Shown: one piece after another, positions 1 through 11,458 of the stretch | How the letters are laid out: every line of letters begins with the position of its first letter | Numbering within the stretch: position 1 is the stretch's first letter | Assembly (NCBI GenBank): GCA_964390275.1 | Contig: CAYMHQ010000005.1 | Coordinates: 1 to 35,233 of the forward strand | Direction: 5' to 3' | Length of the DNA stretch: 35,233 bases | From: an uncultured Coriobacteriaceae bacterium | Lineage (GTDB): Bacteria > Actinomycetota > Coriobacteriia > Coriobacteriales > UMGS124 | Made by a program: the position numbers and the translations under genes | The notes under the pieces: generated by a model | Told to the model about the DNA's origin: nothing | What the model saw: the letters and a program-made list of their open reading frames with translations, nothing else | The model's database searches: none

Positions 1-674
1 AGCGTCTTCCCCACGCCGGGCGGGCCCACCAGCAGGATGCCGAGGTGCCCCGCGACGGCGATCGTGAGGGCGCGCTTCGCGACCGCCTGCCCCGCCACGT
101 CGCCGAAGTCGGGTGCACCGGAGGTCGCCGTCTCGAGATCGAGGCGGCCGGACGGGGACGTGCACCCCAGCGAGCCGACCCCCTCCCTGAAGTCAGCAAG
201 GCACCCGACGGCGCTCACCCTCGTGTCGGGGCTGCACCCGTCGAGCGGCCCCTCGGGGCACACCAGCCTGAGGCCGAGGCGCCGAGCCAGGTCGGCGTAG
301 GCGACGAGGCCGCGCACGGGGCACGTCTCCCCGTCGAGCGAGAGCTCCCCCACCACAAGGCAGCCCTCGAGGCCCTCAGTGGGTATCTGACGCGACGCCG
401 CAAGTATGGCGACGGATATGGGCAGGTCGAAGGCGGTCCCGGTCTTGCGCCACTCCGCGGGCGACAGGTTGACCGTGATCGCCTGGCGGGGGACCTGGAA
501 CCCCGACGACCTGATGGCGCACCGCACGCGCGACCTTGCCTCGACGACCGAGGAGTCGGGCCTCCCCACGATCGCGATGCACGGCAGCCCGGAGGACATG
601 CTCACCTCGACGTGGACGGGACGTGCCTCCATGCCCCACAGCATGGCGGTGGTCACCGTGAACTGGGCGGTCAT
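1..674 (-). CDS. comM: YifB/ComM-family Mg-chelatase-like AAA+ ATPase, N-terminal part only (gene runs off the left edge)
   Basis: Absent from the ORF track because it has no in-window stop. My translation of the minus strand from ATG 674..672 gives MTAQFTVTTAMLWGMEARPVHVEVSMSSGLPCIAIVGRPDSSVVEARSRVRCAI...LSPAEWRKTGTAFDLPISVAILAAS. It ends at the window edge in the Walker A motif LLVGPPGVGKT. The ATG directly abuts the yraN stop (TAGATG), and yraN-yifB is a conserved gene pair. Confidence 0.85.
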   Translation of the reverse strand, partial: MTAQFTVTTAMLWGMEARPVHVEVSMSSGLPCIAIVGRPDSSVVEARSRVRCAIRSSGFQVPRQAITVNLSPAEWRKTGTAFDLPISVAILAASRQIPTEGLEGCLVVGELSLDGETCPVRGLVAYADLARRLGLRLVCPEGPLDGCSPDTRVSAVGCLADFREGVGSLGCTSPSGRLDLETATSGAPDFGDVAGQAVAKRALTIAVAGHLGILLVGPPGVGKT

Positions 675-1127
675 CTAACCCACCCACGTGCAGACGCCGA
701 CGTAATGGACCAGGTGGCAGCGCTCCTGAAAGCAGAGGTTGAGCGCTATGACGTCGAAGCGCACCTTCCGGGGGACTTCGCGATGCTGCAGGAACTCGAG
801 CATGATGTTGCCGTAGCGCTTGATCTTGTCGCGGCCCACCGCCTCCTCGGGGAAGCAGAGCGCCCCGCGCCGCGTCTTGACCTCGACGAGCACGAGGTCC
901 CCGTTGTCGCGGCACACCAGGTCCGCCTCGCCGTACCTCGTGCGGTAGTTGCGGTCGATCACCTCGAAGCCCCTGTCCGCAAGGTATCCCAGGGCGACCG
1001 ACTCGCCGATCTCCCCGAGCGTCTTGGCGTCGCACCCGACCGGCACCCTGATGCTTTTCGCGGATGGCAGCTCCACGCAGTTGCACGCCTCGCACTCCAG
1101 CTCGGCCAACTCATCAACCTTTGTCAT
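675..1127 (-). CDS. yraN: YraN family (UPF0102) putative endonuclease
   Basis: Lies in ORF 675..1220. GESVALGYLADRGFEVIDRNYRTRYGEADLVCRDNGDLVLVEVKTRR matches the UPF0102 signature. Start placed at ATG 1127 (MTKVDE...), which is preceded by GGAAAGGA. Confidence 0.85.
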   Translation of the reverse strand: MTKVDELAELECEACNCVELPSAKSIRVPVGCDAKTLGEIGESVALGYLADRGFEVIDRNYRTRYGEADLVCRDNGDLVLVEVKTRRGALCFPEEAVGRDKIKRYGNIMLEFLQHREVPRKVRFDVIALNLCFQERCHLVHYVGVCTWVG

Positions 1128-1412
1128 CCCATGTCCTTTCCCTCGTCGAGCGAACGTGAAGGTCGACGGGAGAGAGGATGACAGAACGAAACGCACACCG
1201 CTCAAACAAAACTCTAACACTCTGCGTCGAGGTGATGTGCTACAGATGGCGAACAGCGCTGCCGCACGTCAGACCGGGTGTGGGAAGGGGGCAAATTCGG
1301 AAGTTTCGGACAAATTCACAATGAAACCATCGAACGCACGGTGTTTTGTTAGAGTGTGTTATTCGACATGTATAGTGTATTCTGTCAAGTGCCTTGGGCA
1401 GGCTGCACAGGT

Positions 1413-1452
1413 AAAACAAAACCCGGCAGCCTCGGATGAGACCACCGGGTTT
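1413..1452 (-). terminator. Rho-independent terminator downstream of the zinc-ribbon protein gene
   Basis: Stem AAACCCGG (1419-1426) pairs with CCGGGTTT (1445-1452). On the minus strand the hairpin is followed by TTTTGTTTT. Confidence 0.55.
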
Positions 1453-1519
1453 AGTTCAAGCCATTTCGACGTGTGCCGTCACGCCGCCAGCAGAGCGACA
1501 GGGCCGAGGCGGAAAGAGC

Positions 1520-2590
1520 CTACTGGACCTGGACCGAGTCGGCGAGGATGACGGGAAGACCGTTATACAGACCTATCATTGTGCCGTACGCCACGATGCT
1601 GCTCCCCTCGACCGGAACCGAGGTGGCGTCGACGTTATAGAGGTTGACGCAGGCCACCTGGCTCGTGTTGCCGGCCACGTACACCTCGGTGAGGGTCATG
1701 TCGCCGCTCGCCGCCGCGGTCTTCACCACACCGCTGATCGAGATCTGCTTGCCCACATACGTGTCGGGCGTGGCGACGAGGTCGCCGTACGCGGGCGCCG
1801 TGCTGTCGGTGGCGATGGGCGCGAGCGCGGCCACGGCGTTGCTGAGCGCCTGCGAGGCCGTGACAACCTGGGAGTTCGTGGAGGTCTCGCTCTCGGCGAC
1901 CGCCTGGGCGTCAGCCACCTTGGACTCGAGGTTGTCTATGCTGTAGTGGGTGTAGGTGCGGTTCGTCTCCTGAGCCGTGAGGGTCGTCTGCGCATCGAGC
2001 ACCGCGGTGGAGAGCACGCTCCTGACCTCCTCGGTGCTCACGGCGCTCGGGTCGTCCATGAGCTGCTCCATGCTCGGAGTCGACCGGCAGGAGTTGATCG
2101 AGAGCGACAGCATCACGATGAGGCCGATGAGCACTGCGACGGAGACCCAGAAGAAGACGTTCGTGTAGAGCGGCCTCACGAAGGCCCCGCAGTGCGGGCA
2201 CCTGGTCTGGTCGGAGTCGACCGGGTTGCCGCAGAGACGGCAGGGCAGCCCGACACCGAGATAGTCGCCGCCCTCGGAAACCGACGCCGCGCGGGCGGGA
2301 CGACCAGAGGCGGAAGCTCCCCTGCCACCGGAAGCGGCCGCGCCGCCGATCGAATTGCGCTTCTCGGCCACGAACCCGGTCACGGCGTCACGTGCGCGCC
2401 CGAAGACCTCGGCGACAGGGTTGGACTTCGCAGCCTTGCGAGCACTGCCGACCGCATGGCGCGTGAAGCCCGCGGGCTGCGACCCGTCGAGAGGCTGCTG
2501 ATAGTCGTAGGCAGCGTCGCCCGCGCCGTACGCGTTCTGGTCGACGTACCCGGAAGCCGAACCCCGTGCAGAATATCGATCGCCCCTCAT
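1520..2590 (-). CDS. Hypothetical membrane protein with a disordered N-terminus, a zinc ribbon, one TM helix and a C-terminal OB-like domain
   Basis: Lies in ORF 1520..2638. Start placed at ATG 2590 (MRGDRYS...), preceded by GGGAGG. Zinc ribbon CRLCGNPVDSDQTRCPHCG is followed by hydrophobic FFWVSVAVLIGLIVMLSLSI. The C-terminus (GKQISISGVVKTAAASGDMTLTEVYVAGN...VACVNLY) resembles tRNA_anti-like OB folds. High GC3 in this frame. Confidence 0.7.
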   Translation of the reverse strand: MRGDRYSARGSASGYVDQNAYGAGDAAYDYQQPLDGSQPAGFTRHAVGSARKAAKSNPVAEVFGRARDAVTGFVAEKRNSIGGAAASGGRGASASGRPARAASVSEGGDYLGVGLPCRLCGNPVDSDQTRCPHCGAFVRPLYTNVFFWVSVAVLIGLIVMLSLSINSCRSTPSMEQLMDDPSAVSTEEVRSVLSTAVLDAQTTLTAQETNRTYTHYSIDNLESKVADAQAVAESETSTNSQVVTASQALSNAVAALAPIATDSTAPAYGDLVATPDTYVGKQISISGVVKTAAASGDMTLTEVYVAGNTSQVACVNLYNVDATSVPVEGSSIVAYGTMIGLYNGLPVILADSVQVQ

Positions 2591-2862
2591 GGGACCTCCC
2601 AAAAGACTATGCGTCGCGCATACCAGCGCTGGCTTCATTTATGCGATATGAACGCAAGGCATAGGCTATCACAATCCATGGGACGTGAGACCTCTCGCCC
2701 GAAAGACCCAGCAGTTCTGCTCATTGTCCGGACACGGCCGAAACACCGCCGAAACGGCCCCCGATCGAGCCAAAATGGAGCCATCGCACCGGAACAGGGC
2801 CGCCTGACGGCAGTCCGACGAAAGGAATCGTCAAAATACCATACAGTAACCGGTGAGCGCGC

Positions 2863-2891
2863 TTGCCCTACGATAATCATTCGACTATACT
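2863..2891 (+). promoter_or_regulatory. Putative sigma-70-type promoter of rplS
   Basis: TTGCCC (2863-2868), an exact 17-nt spacer, then TATACT (2886-2891), about 65 nt upstream of the rplS ATG. Confidence 0.5.
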
Positions 2892-2955
2892 TTTACGACT
2901 GTGAAGAATGGCATGCTCAGCATGCCCCTGTTACGATGAGGAACGGAATCAGACG

Positions 2956-3297
2956 ATGGACTATATCCGCGCAATTGAGCGTCAGCAGATCAGGGAGGAC
3001 CTCCCTAAGCTTCGCGTTGGTGACAACGTGAAGGTGTACTACCGCATCAAGGAAGGCGACCGCGAGCGTATCCAGATGTACCAGGGCGACGTCATCCGCA
3101 TCAGCGGCGAGGGCTCTCGCGAGACCTTCACCGTTCGCAAGATCTCCTTCGGCGTCGGCGTCGAGCGTACCTTCCCGGTCCACTCGCCCAAGATCGGCAA
3201 GCTCGAGATCGTGCGTCACGGCCGCGTCCGTCGCGCCAAGCTGTACTACCTGCGCGACAGGGTCGGCAAGGCCGCCCGCATCCGCGAGGCTCGCTAG
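2956..3297 (+). CDS. rplS: 50S ribosomal protein L19
   Basis: [53 protein letters not shown]...[21 protein letters not shown] is canonical L19. Start taken at ATG 2956 rather than at the ORF-track start 2908. Confidence 0.95.
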   Translation: MDYIRAIERQQIREDLPKLRVGDNVKVYYRIKEGDRERIQMYQGDVIRISGEGSRETFTVRKISFGVGVERTFPVHSPKIGKLEIVRHGRVRRAKLYYLRDRVGKAARIREAR

Positions 3298-3346
3298 TCT
3301 CGCGTCTCGATACATACCGTATCGGCTGGCAGGCATCTGACTGCAG

Positions 3347-3382
3347 AGACCGAGGGAGTCACGCGACTTCCTCGGTCTTTTT
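3347..3382 (+). terminator. Rho-independent terminator after rplS
   Basis: Stem AGACCGAGG (3347-3355) pairs with CCTCGGTCT (3370-3378) and runs into TTTTT (3378-3382). Confidence 0.7.
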
Positions 3383-3416
3383 GTATAGCTTTGCAGGGCC
3401 ATATAGGGAGGATCCC

Positions 3417-4205
3417 ATGAAGGAGACGAGCGGCAGCGCGGACCGTCGACCGACCGTCGCGTCGATTCGCGAGGAGCTGGGCAGGGCGACCTACGAGGAG
3501 CTGCCCCGGGTCATCGCCCGCTACGAGGGGGACGGGCGCGCCCAGGTCGCGAAGATGCTCGAGTCGAAGCGCGCGCATTACGCGCGGGAGACCGAAGAGC
3601 GACTCCGGGTCCAGGGGATGTACGACCTCATGTACGAGACGGCCGGCGGGGACGACGGCATCGTGCTCGGAGTGGACGAGGTCGGCCGCGGCTCGGTCGC
3701 GGGACCCCTCACGGTGGCGGCGGTCGCGCTCCCCCGCCGGCCGATCGTCTGGGGCCTGAACGACTCGAAGAAGCTGACGCCGCAGCGCCGCGAGGAACTG
3801 GCCGAGGTCATCAGGCGAGAGGCTCTGGCGGTGGGCATCGCGCACATCGAGCCCGAGGCCATCGACGCCTGCGGCATGGCGGCATCCCTGCGCGTCGCCA
3901 TGAAGCGCGCGATCGAGAACGCCGGGGTCGAGGCTGACTGCGTGCTCATCGACGGGATGCCCGTCAACATTCACTGCAACGAGAAGACGATCGTGCACGG
4001 GGACGCCCGCGTGGCCTGCATCGCCGCCGCGAGCATCGTGGCCAAGGTGACGCGAGACGCCATCATGGTCGCGCAGGACGAGGTCTACCCGGGGTATTAC
4101 TTCGCGAAGTCGAAGGGGTACGCCTCGGCCGAGCACATCGAGGCCATCCGGCGGCTCGGCCTCTCCCCCATCCACCGGGCGACATTCTGCCGGGACTTCG
4201 TCTAG
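3417..4205 (+). CDS. rnhB: Ribonuclease HII
   Basis: GVDEVGRGSVAGPLTVAAVAL...NDSKKLTPQRREEL...ASIVAKVTRD...KSKGYASAEHIEAI are RNase HII motifs. ATG 3417 is preceded by GGGAGGA. Confidence 0.93.
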   Translation: MKETSGSADRRPTVASIREELGRATYEELPRVIARYEGDGRAQVAKMLESKRAHYARETEERLRVQGMYDLMYETAGGDDGIVLGVDEVGRGSVAGPLTVAAVALPRRPIVWGLNDSKKLTPQRREELAEVIRREALAVGIAHIEPEAIDACGMAASLRVAMKRAIENAGVEADCVLIDGMPVNIHCNEKTIVHGDARVACIAAASIVAKVTRDAIMVAQDEVYPGYYFAKSKGYASAEHIEAIRRLGLSPIHRATFCRDFV

Positions 4206-4294
4206 CCGCACTCGAACCCGAACCGGCGTCGCAGCGGAATCGGGCGCAACGGTGACCATGCTCGACAGCTGCCACATGTGACAGCGAGCGCACG

Positions 4295-4340
4295 AAAAAC
4301 GAAAGCGGGGCCCGGCGTGAACCGGACCCCGCTTTTCTTT
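4295..4340. terminator. Bidirectional rho-independent terminator shared by the convergent rnhB and ppdK
   Basis: Stem GCGGGGCCCGG (4305-4315) pairs with CCGGACCCCGC (4322-4332) with one mismatch. It is flanked by TTTTCTTT on the plus strand and TTTCGTTTTT on the minus strand. Confidence 0.7.
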
Positions 4341-4381
4341 GCTCTATCGGAGGTGCGCTATCGGAGGCGCGCTATCGGAGA

Positions 4382-4382
<1 letters not shown>
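4341..4382. repeat. Three tandem copies of a 14-nt unit (GCGCTATCGGAGGN)
   Basis: Copies are gctctatcggaggt (4341-4354), gcgctatcggaggc (4355-4368) and gcgctatcggagac (4369-4382). They lie between the ppdK stop codon and the terminator hairpin. Confidence 0.9.
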
Positions 4383-7108
<2,726 letters not shown>

Positions 7109-7329
7109 TCTCGTCTCCTTTTTCATGGCGCGCCGAGGCGCGTCGGTCGGATACAGAAACCCACAGACGGTTGACAGAAACTAACCGCAATATAACGTCA
7201 TAATAGCCCGGCAGGCGCCCCTGCGTGCGGAAACACGGAATCCGCGCGTAATCATCGGTGAAACGCAACAGAAACGTACGCACGCCGAACGACGTCCCGC
7301 CGCTCGCGGAATAAACGGCGCCGTCCGCC

Positions 7330-8304
7330 CTACTCGGCCTTCCGTGCGGGCGCGCCAGGCTCGGCGGACTCAGAAGTCTGCGAGCCGGAGATCGCCTGGG
7401 CCCTGCGCATCCGCGCCTCGTGCATGGCCTCGGCGCGCGTGAAGTACCCCTGGATGATCTGCGCTGTCTCCTCCACCGCCCTGCCGTCGGTGTGGATGAC
7501 GATGCAGCCGATCCTGCGCATGAGGGCGCGCGCCTCGTCGAGCTCGTCCTGGATGCTGAGCGGGTCGGCGTATGAGCCGGCGACCGCCTTCGCCTGCAGG
7601 CTGCCGAGACGCTCGTTGCGAATCGTCGAGAGGACCTCGGGCGTCGAGACGAGACCGAAGACGCGGAACGGCTCGACGTCGAAGAGCTGCGACGGCGGGA
7701 CGAGGCCGTGCGCGAGCGGCACGTTGGCGACCTTGAAGCCGTGGACCGAGAGAAACATCGAGAGGGGCGTCTTGGACGTGCGGGAGACGCCGATGAGGAC
7801 GATGTCGGCCTTCGTGAGGTCCTCGGGGTTGCGCCCGTCGTCGTGCTCCACGAAGAACTCCATCGCCTCGATGCGGCGGAAGTAGCGCTCGTCTGTGCGC
7901 CTCAGCACGCCGGCCTGCCCGCTGGGGGCGACGCCGGTGAGCTTCTCGAGCGCGTCGAGCGCGGGGCCGAGCAGGTCGAGCGACGGAACACCGAGCGAGT
8001 CGAGCAGGGCCTGGATCTCGCAGCGCAGCCCGCGGTCGGCGATGGTGTGGAACACGAGGAAGCGCTTCGTGGAGGATGCGACGCAGTCGGATATGAACCG
8101 GCGGACCTGGTCGGCGCTCGTGACCTTGGGGAGGCGCTGGATGCGCACCGAGTCGGTCCCGAACTGCGCGGCGGCGGCGAGGGCCACCTCGGCGGCCGTG
8201 TCGCCGAGCGAGTCGGAGACGATCACGATGGTCGGCGCGCCCGCAGCGGCCTCGCATTCAAACATGTCGAACGCGCTTTCGAATGATGTGCTCGAGTCGC
8301 TCAC
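7330..8304 (-). CDS. Pyruvate, phosphate dikinase regulatory protein (PDRP / DUF299 bifunctional kinase-pyrophosphorylase)
   Basis: IVSDSLGDTAAEVALAAAAQF..., ERYFRRIEAMEF and the P-loop IGVSRTSKTPLSMFL are the DUF299/PpsR family pattern. The gene sits immediately upstream of ppdK. GTG start at 8304 is preceded by GAGGAGG. Confidence 0.9.
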   Translation of the reverse strand: MSDSSTSFESAFDMFECEAAAGAPTIVIVSDSLGDTAAEVALAAAAQFGTDSVRIQRLPKVTSADQVRRFISDCVASSTKRFLVFHTIADRGLRCEIQALLDSLGVPSLDLLGPALDALEKLTGVAPSGQAGVLRRTDERYFRRIEAMEFFVEHDDGRNPEDLTKADIVLIGVSRTSKTPLSMFLSVHGFKVANVPLAHGLVPPSQLFDVEPFRVFGLVSTPEVLSTIRNERLGSLQAKAVAGSYADPLSIQDELDEARALMRRIGCIVIHTDGRAVEETAQIIQGYFTRAEAMHEARMRRAQAISGSQTSESAEPGAPARKAE

Positions 8305-8332
8305 GGCGGCCTCCTCGCAAAAACGGTCCGTT

Positions 8333-8375
8333 AAGGCAAAAGGGGCGCCCGGCGGACGAGACCGCCGGGCGCCCC
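8333..8375 (-). terminator. Strong rho-independent terminator after glyS
   Basis: Perfect 14-bp stem: GGGGCGCCCGGCGG (8342-8355) pairs with CCGCCGGGCGCCCC (8362-8375) around a 6-nt loop. On the minus strand it is followed by TTTTGCC. Confidence 0.8.
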
Positions 8376-8391
8376 GTGGGAGACGGGCAGG

Positions 8392-10479
8392 CTAGGCCTT
8401 GCGCTCCATCTTTCCGATCTCGGCGACGTCGCAGAACACGCCGACGAAGCGGTTGAGGAGGCGAAGGCGGTTCTCGCGCACCGCGGGGTCGTCCGCCATG
8501 ACCATGACCTGGTCGAAGAAGGCGTCGATGGGCGCGCGGAGGCCGGCGAGGGCCTGGATGGCGGCCGGGTAGCCGGCGCCGCCCTCGGCGAGGGCCGCGG
8601 CCACGGTGGCGCGCGCGTCGTCGACAGCGGCGAGGAGCGCGGTCTCGGGGGCGCCCATCAGCGACGTGTCGACGTCGGCGCCGAGCGTGTCATCGCGCAG
8701 GTTGTTCGCGCGCACATAGGCACTCGCGAGGTCGTCGAACACCTCGGGAGAGGAGGTGCGGGCGTCCTCGAGGGCGTGGGTGCGGGCGAAGAACTCGACG
8801 GGCTCGAGCACGCCGACGGCCTTCACGGCCTCGACCGTGTCGGCGGAGACGCCCTCGTCGTGCGCCATGTTCGCAAGGCGGGCGACGAAGTAGTCGCGGA
8901 CCGCCTTGGCGACGGCGTCGCGGTCGAACGCGATGCCCTGGGAGGCGAGCCCGTCCAGCGCCGCGTCGATTGCCTTCGAAAGGTTGATCTTGGGCTCCGC
9001 GCGGACGATGTTCGCGACGCCGATCGTGCTGCGGCGCACGGCGAACGGGTCGCTCGACCCCGTGGGGGCCTCGTCGACGGCGAAGATGCCGCAGATGGTG
9101 TCGAGCTTGTCCGCCATGGCGACGACGCGGCCCACCGTGCCCTCGGGGAGCTCGTCGCCGGCGAAGCGCGGGCGGTAGTGCTGCGCGACCGCGGCGCTCA
9201 CCTCGGGGTCCTCCCCCGCCGCCGCGGCGTAGTAGCCGCCCATGACGCCCTGCTGGCTCGTGAACTCGACGACGGCGCCGGTGACGAGGTCGGCCTTCGC
9301 GAGGAGGGCGGCCCTGCCGGCGAGCTCGACCGTGCGCTCGTCGAAGCACGCGGCGATGGACGTCGCAAGCGCCTGCACGCGGCGGGTCTTGTCGAGCATG
9401 CTGCCGAGCTTCACCTGGAAGCCGACGTTGGCGAGGCGCTCGACGTAGGCCTCGAGCGGACGCTTGAGGTCCTCCTCGTAGAAGAACTTCGCGTCCGAGA
9501 GCCTCGCGCGGACGACGCGCTCGTTGCCGCGGGCAATGACCTCGCTGCGGGAGGGGTCGCCGTTCGAGACGAGCAGGAAGTGGTTGGTGAGGTTCCCCTC
9601 GAGGTCGTAGAGCGGGAAGTAGCGCTGGTTGGAGAGCATCGACTCGCAGATGATCTCGTGCGGGACCTGCAGGAACTCCTCGTCGAAATCAGCGACGACG
9701 ACCGTGGGCCACTCGACGAGGTTCACGACCTCGTCGTAGACCTTCTTGGGGGTGTCCGCGCGCATGCCGTGCTCCGCCTCAAACGCGGCGATGCCCTCGC
9801 GGATGACGCGGGAGCGCTCGCCGGCGTCGACGATGACGTGCGCAGCCCTGAGCGTCTCGACGTAGCTCGCGACGTCTGCGACCTCGTACTCGCCCGGGTT
9901 CATGAGACGGTGGCCGCGCGTCGTGCGGCCCGCGGTGAGCCCGCAGAACTCGACCGGCACGACCTCGTCGCCGAAGAGGCACACGAGCCAGCGCACGGGG
10001 CGCGAGAAGTGGTAGGGGGTCGAGCCCCAGCGCTGGGAGCGGGGCCAGGCGAGCTTGGAGGCGGCGTCGGCGAGAATGCCGGCCACGATCTGGGCCGTGG
10101 GGCGGGCGGGCGTGTGGATCTCGGCGAAGACGTACGACTTGCCGTCCTCCTCGCGCACCACGAGATCGGCGACGTCGACGCCCTTGCCGCGCGCGAAGCC
10201 CGCGGCCGCCTTGGTGGGCGCGCCCTGGGCGTCGTAGGCGGCCGCCGCCGCGGGGCCGCGGAACACCTGGTCGAGCGGCTCGGTCTCGGTGGCCAGGCCG
10301 CGCACGAACGTGGCGATGCGGCGCGGCGTCGACGAGCACTCGACGGAATCGAACGCGAGATGCGCGGCCTTAAGGCCGGCCTCGACGAGACCCTTCATCT
10401 GCTCGGTCGCCTTGTAGAGGGGAAGGGCGGGAAGCTCCTCCGTCCCGATCTCGAAAACTAGGTCCTTCGTCTGCGCCAT
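8392..10479 (-). CDS. glyS: Glycine--tRNA ligase beta subunit
   Basis: MAQTKDLVFEIGTEELPA... is the typical GlyS N-terminus and the length (~695 aa) fits. ATG 10479 is preceded by GGGGAGG and lies 1 nt after the glyQ stop. Confidence 0.95.
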   Translation of the reverse strand: MAQTKDLVFEIGTEELPALPLYKATEQMKGLVEAGLKAAHLAFDSVECSSTPRRIATFVRGLATETEPLDQVFRGPAAAAAYDAQGAPTKAAAGFARGKGVDVADLVVREEDGKSYVFAEIHTPARPTAQIVAGILADAASKLAWPRSQRWGSTPYHFSRPVRWLVCLFGDEVVPVEFCGLTAGRTTRGHRLMNPGEYEVADVASYVETLRAAHVIVDAGERSRVIREGIAAFEAEHGMRADTPKKVYDEVVNLVEWPTVVVADFDEEFLQVPHEIICESMLSNQRYFPLYDLEGNLTNHFLLVSNGDPSRSEVIARGNERVVRARLSDAKFFYEEDLKRPLEAYVERLANVGFQVKLGSMLDKTRRVQALATSIAACFDERTVELAGRAALLAKADLVTGAVVEFTSQQGVMGGYYAAAAGEDPEVSAAVAQHYRPRFAGDELPEGTVGRVVAMADKLDTICGIFAVDEAPTGSSDPFAVRRSTIGVANIVRAEPKINLSKAIDAALDGLASQGIAFDRDAVAKAVRDYFVARLANMAHDEGVSADTVEAVKAVGVLEPVEFFARTHALEDARTSSPEVFDDLASAYVRANNLRDDTLGADVDTSLMGAPETALLAAVDDARATVAAALAEGGAGYPAAIQALAGLRAPIDAFFDQVMVMADDPAVRENRLRLLNRFVGVFCDVAEIGKMERKA

Positions 10480-10480
10480 G

Positions 10481-11395
10481 TTAGGCAACCTCCCCTGAAT
10501 TGGTCGAATGAGCGGCGGCGACGGCGTCCTCGTGCGCCTGCCACGCCTCGCAGCACGCCTTGGCGACTGCGCGGACGCGCAGGATGTATGCGGCGCGCTC
10601 CGTGGCGCTGATGGCGCCGCGCGAGTCGAGGAGGTTGAAGGCGTGGGAGCACTTCATGACGCAGTCGTAGGCGGGAAGAGGCTGCCCCGCCTCGAGGCAG
10701 TGATGGCACTCGGCCTCGTACTCGTCGAACTTGCGGCGCATGAGGTCGACGTCGGCGAGCTCGAAGTTGTAGGTGGAGAACTCGCGCTCGTTCTCGAGGT
10801 AGACGTCGCCGTACGTGAAGACCGACCCGTCCTTGCGCCTCGTCCACACGAGGTCGTAGACGGAGTCGACGCCCTGGATGTACATCGCGAGGCGCTCGAG
10901 GCCGTACGTGATCTCGACGGGCACGGGGCCGACCTCGATGCCGCCCACCTGCTGGAAGTACGTGAACTGCGTTACCTCCATGCCGTTGAGCCAGACCTCC
11001 CAGCCGAGGCCCCAGGCGCCCAGGGTCGGCGACTCCCAGTCGTCCTCGACGAAGCGCACGTCGTGCTCCGAAGGCTCGATGCCGATTGCGCGCAGAGAGT
11101 CGAGGTAGAGCTCCTGGGGGTTGTCGGGGGACGGCTTCATGAGGACCTGGAACTGGTAGTAGTGCTGGAGGCGGTTGGGGTTCTCGCCGTAGCGGCCGTC
11201 GGCGGGACGGCGGCAGGGCTGCGCGTAGCAGGTGTACCACGGCTTGTCGCCGAGCGCGCGCAGGGCCGTCGCCCAGTGGAACGTGCCGGCGCCCACCTCG
11301 CTGTCATAGGGCTGCAGGACTACGCAGCCCTGGTCGGCCCAGTAGTTCTGCAGGGCGAGGATGATCTCTTGGAACGACAGAGCATCCTGGTTCAT
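10481..11395 (-). CDS. glyQ: Glycine--tRNA ligase alpha subunit
   Basis: [43 protein letters not shown]...[22 protein letters not shown] is highly conserved GlyQ sequence. Confidence 0.97.
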   Translation of the reverse strand: MNQDALSFQEIILALQNYWADQGCVVLQPYDSEVGAGTFHWATALRALGDKPWYTCYAQPCRRPADGRYGENPNRLQHYYQFQVLMKPSPDNPQELYLDSLRAIGIEPSEHDVRFVEDDWESPTLGAWGLGWEVWLNGMEVTQFTYFQQVGGIEVGPVPVEITYGLERLAMYIQGVDSVYDLVWTRRKDGSVFTYGDVYLENEREFSTYNFELADVDLMRRKFDEYEAECHHCLEAGQPLPAYDCVMKCSHAFNLLDSRGAISATERAAYILRVRAVAKACCEAWQAHEDAVAAAHSTNSGEVA

Positions 11396-11458
11396 GGTCG
11401 TACATCCTTTCCTTGGGACTCTTGAGGACTGCGGGAAAACGAGTGGTGACAGGGCCGC

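Noticed and set aside
1211-1355. 9-bp inverted repeat ACTCTAACA / TGTTAGAGT (with nearby TTTTGTT motifs) in the AT-rich yraN upstream region
   Set aside because: The two arms are ~127 nt apart. A 9-mer inverted match somewhere in a 390-nt region is expected by chance at roughly 0.3, and the flanking matches are not in a nested order compatible with one hairpin.
7171-7176. Consensus TTGACA on the plus strand upstream of ppdK
   Set aside because: No -10 element lies at a workable distance: TATAAC is at 14 nt and CATAAT at 22 nt. The only thing downstream on that strand is the antisense of the PDRP gene. The ppdK promoter must be on the other strand, where I could find only -10-like TATATT/TATTAT and no clear -35.
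11396-11458. Possible T-box leader upstream of glyQS
   Set aside because: The gap between lepB and glyQ is only 63 nt, far too short for a T-box riboswitch. I see no specifier or antiterminator structure, so glyQS is most likely co-transcribed with lepB.
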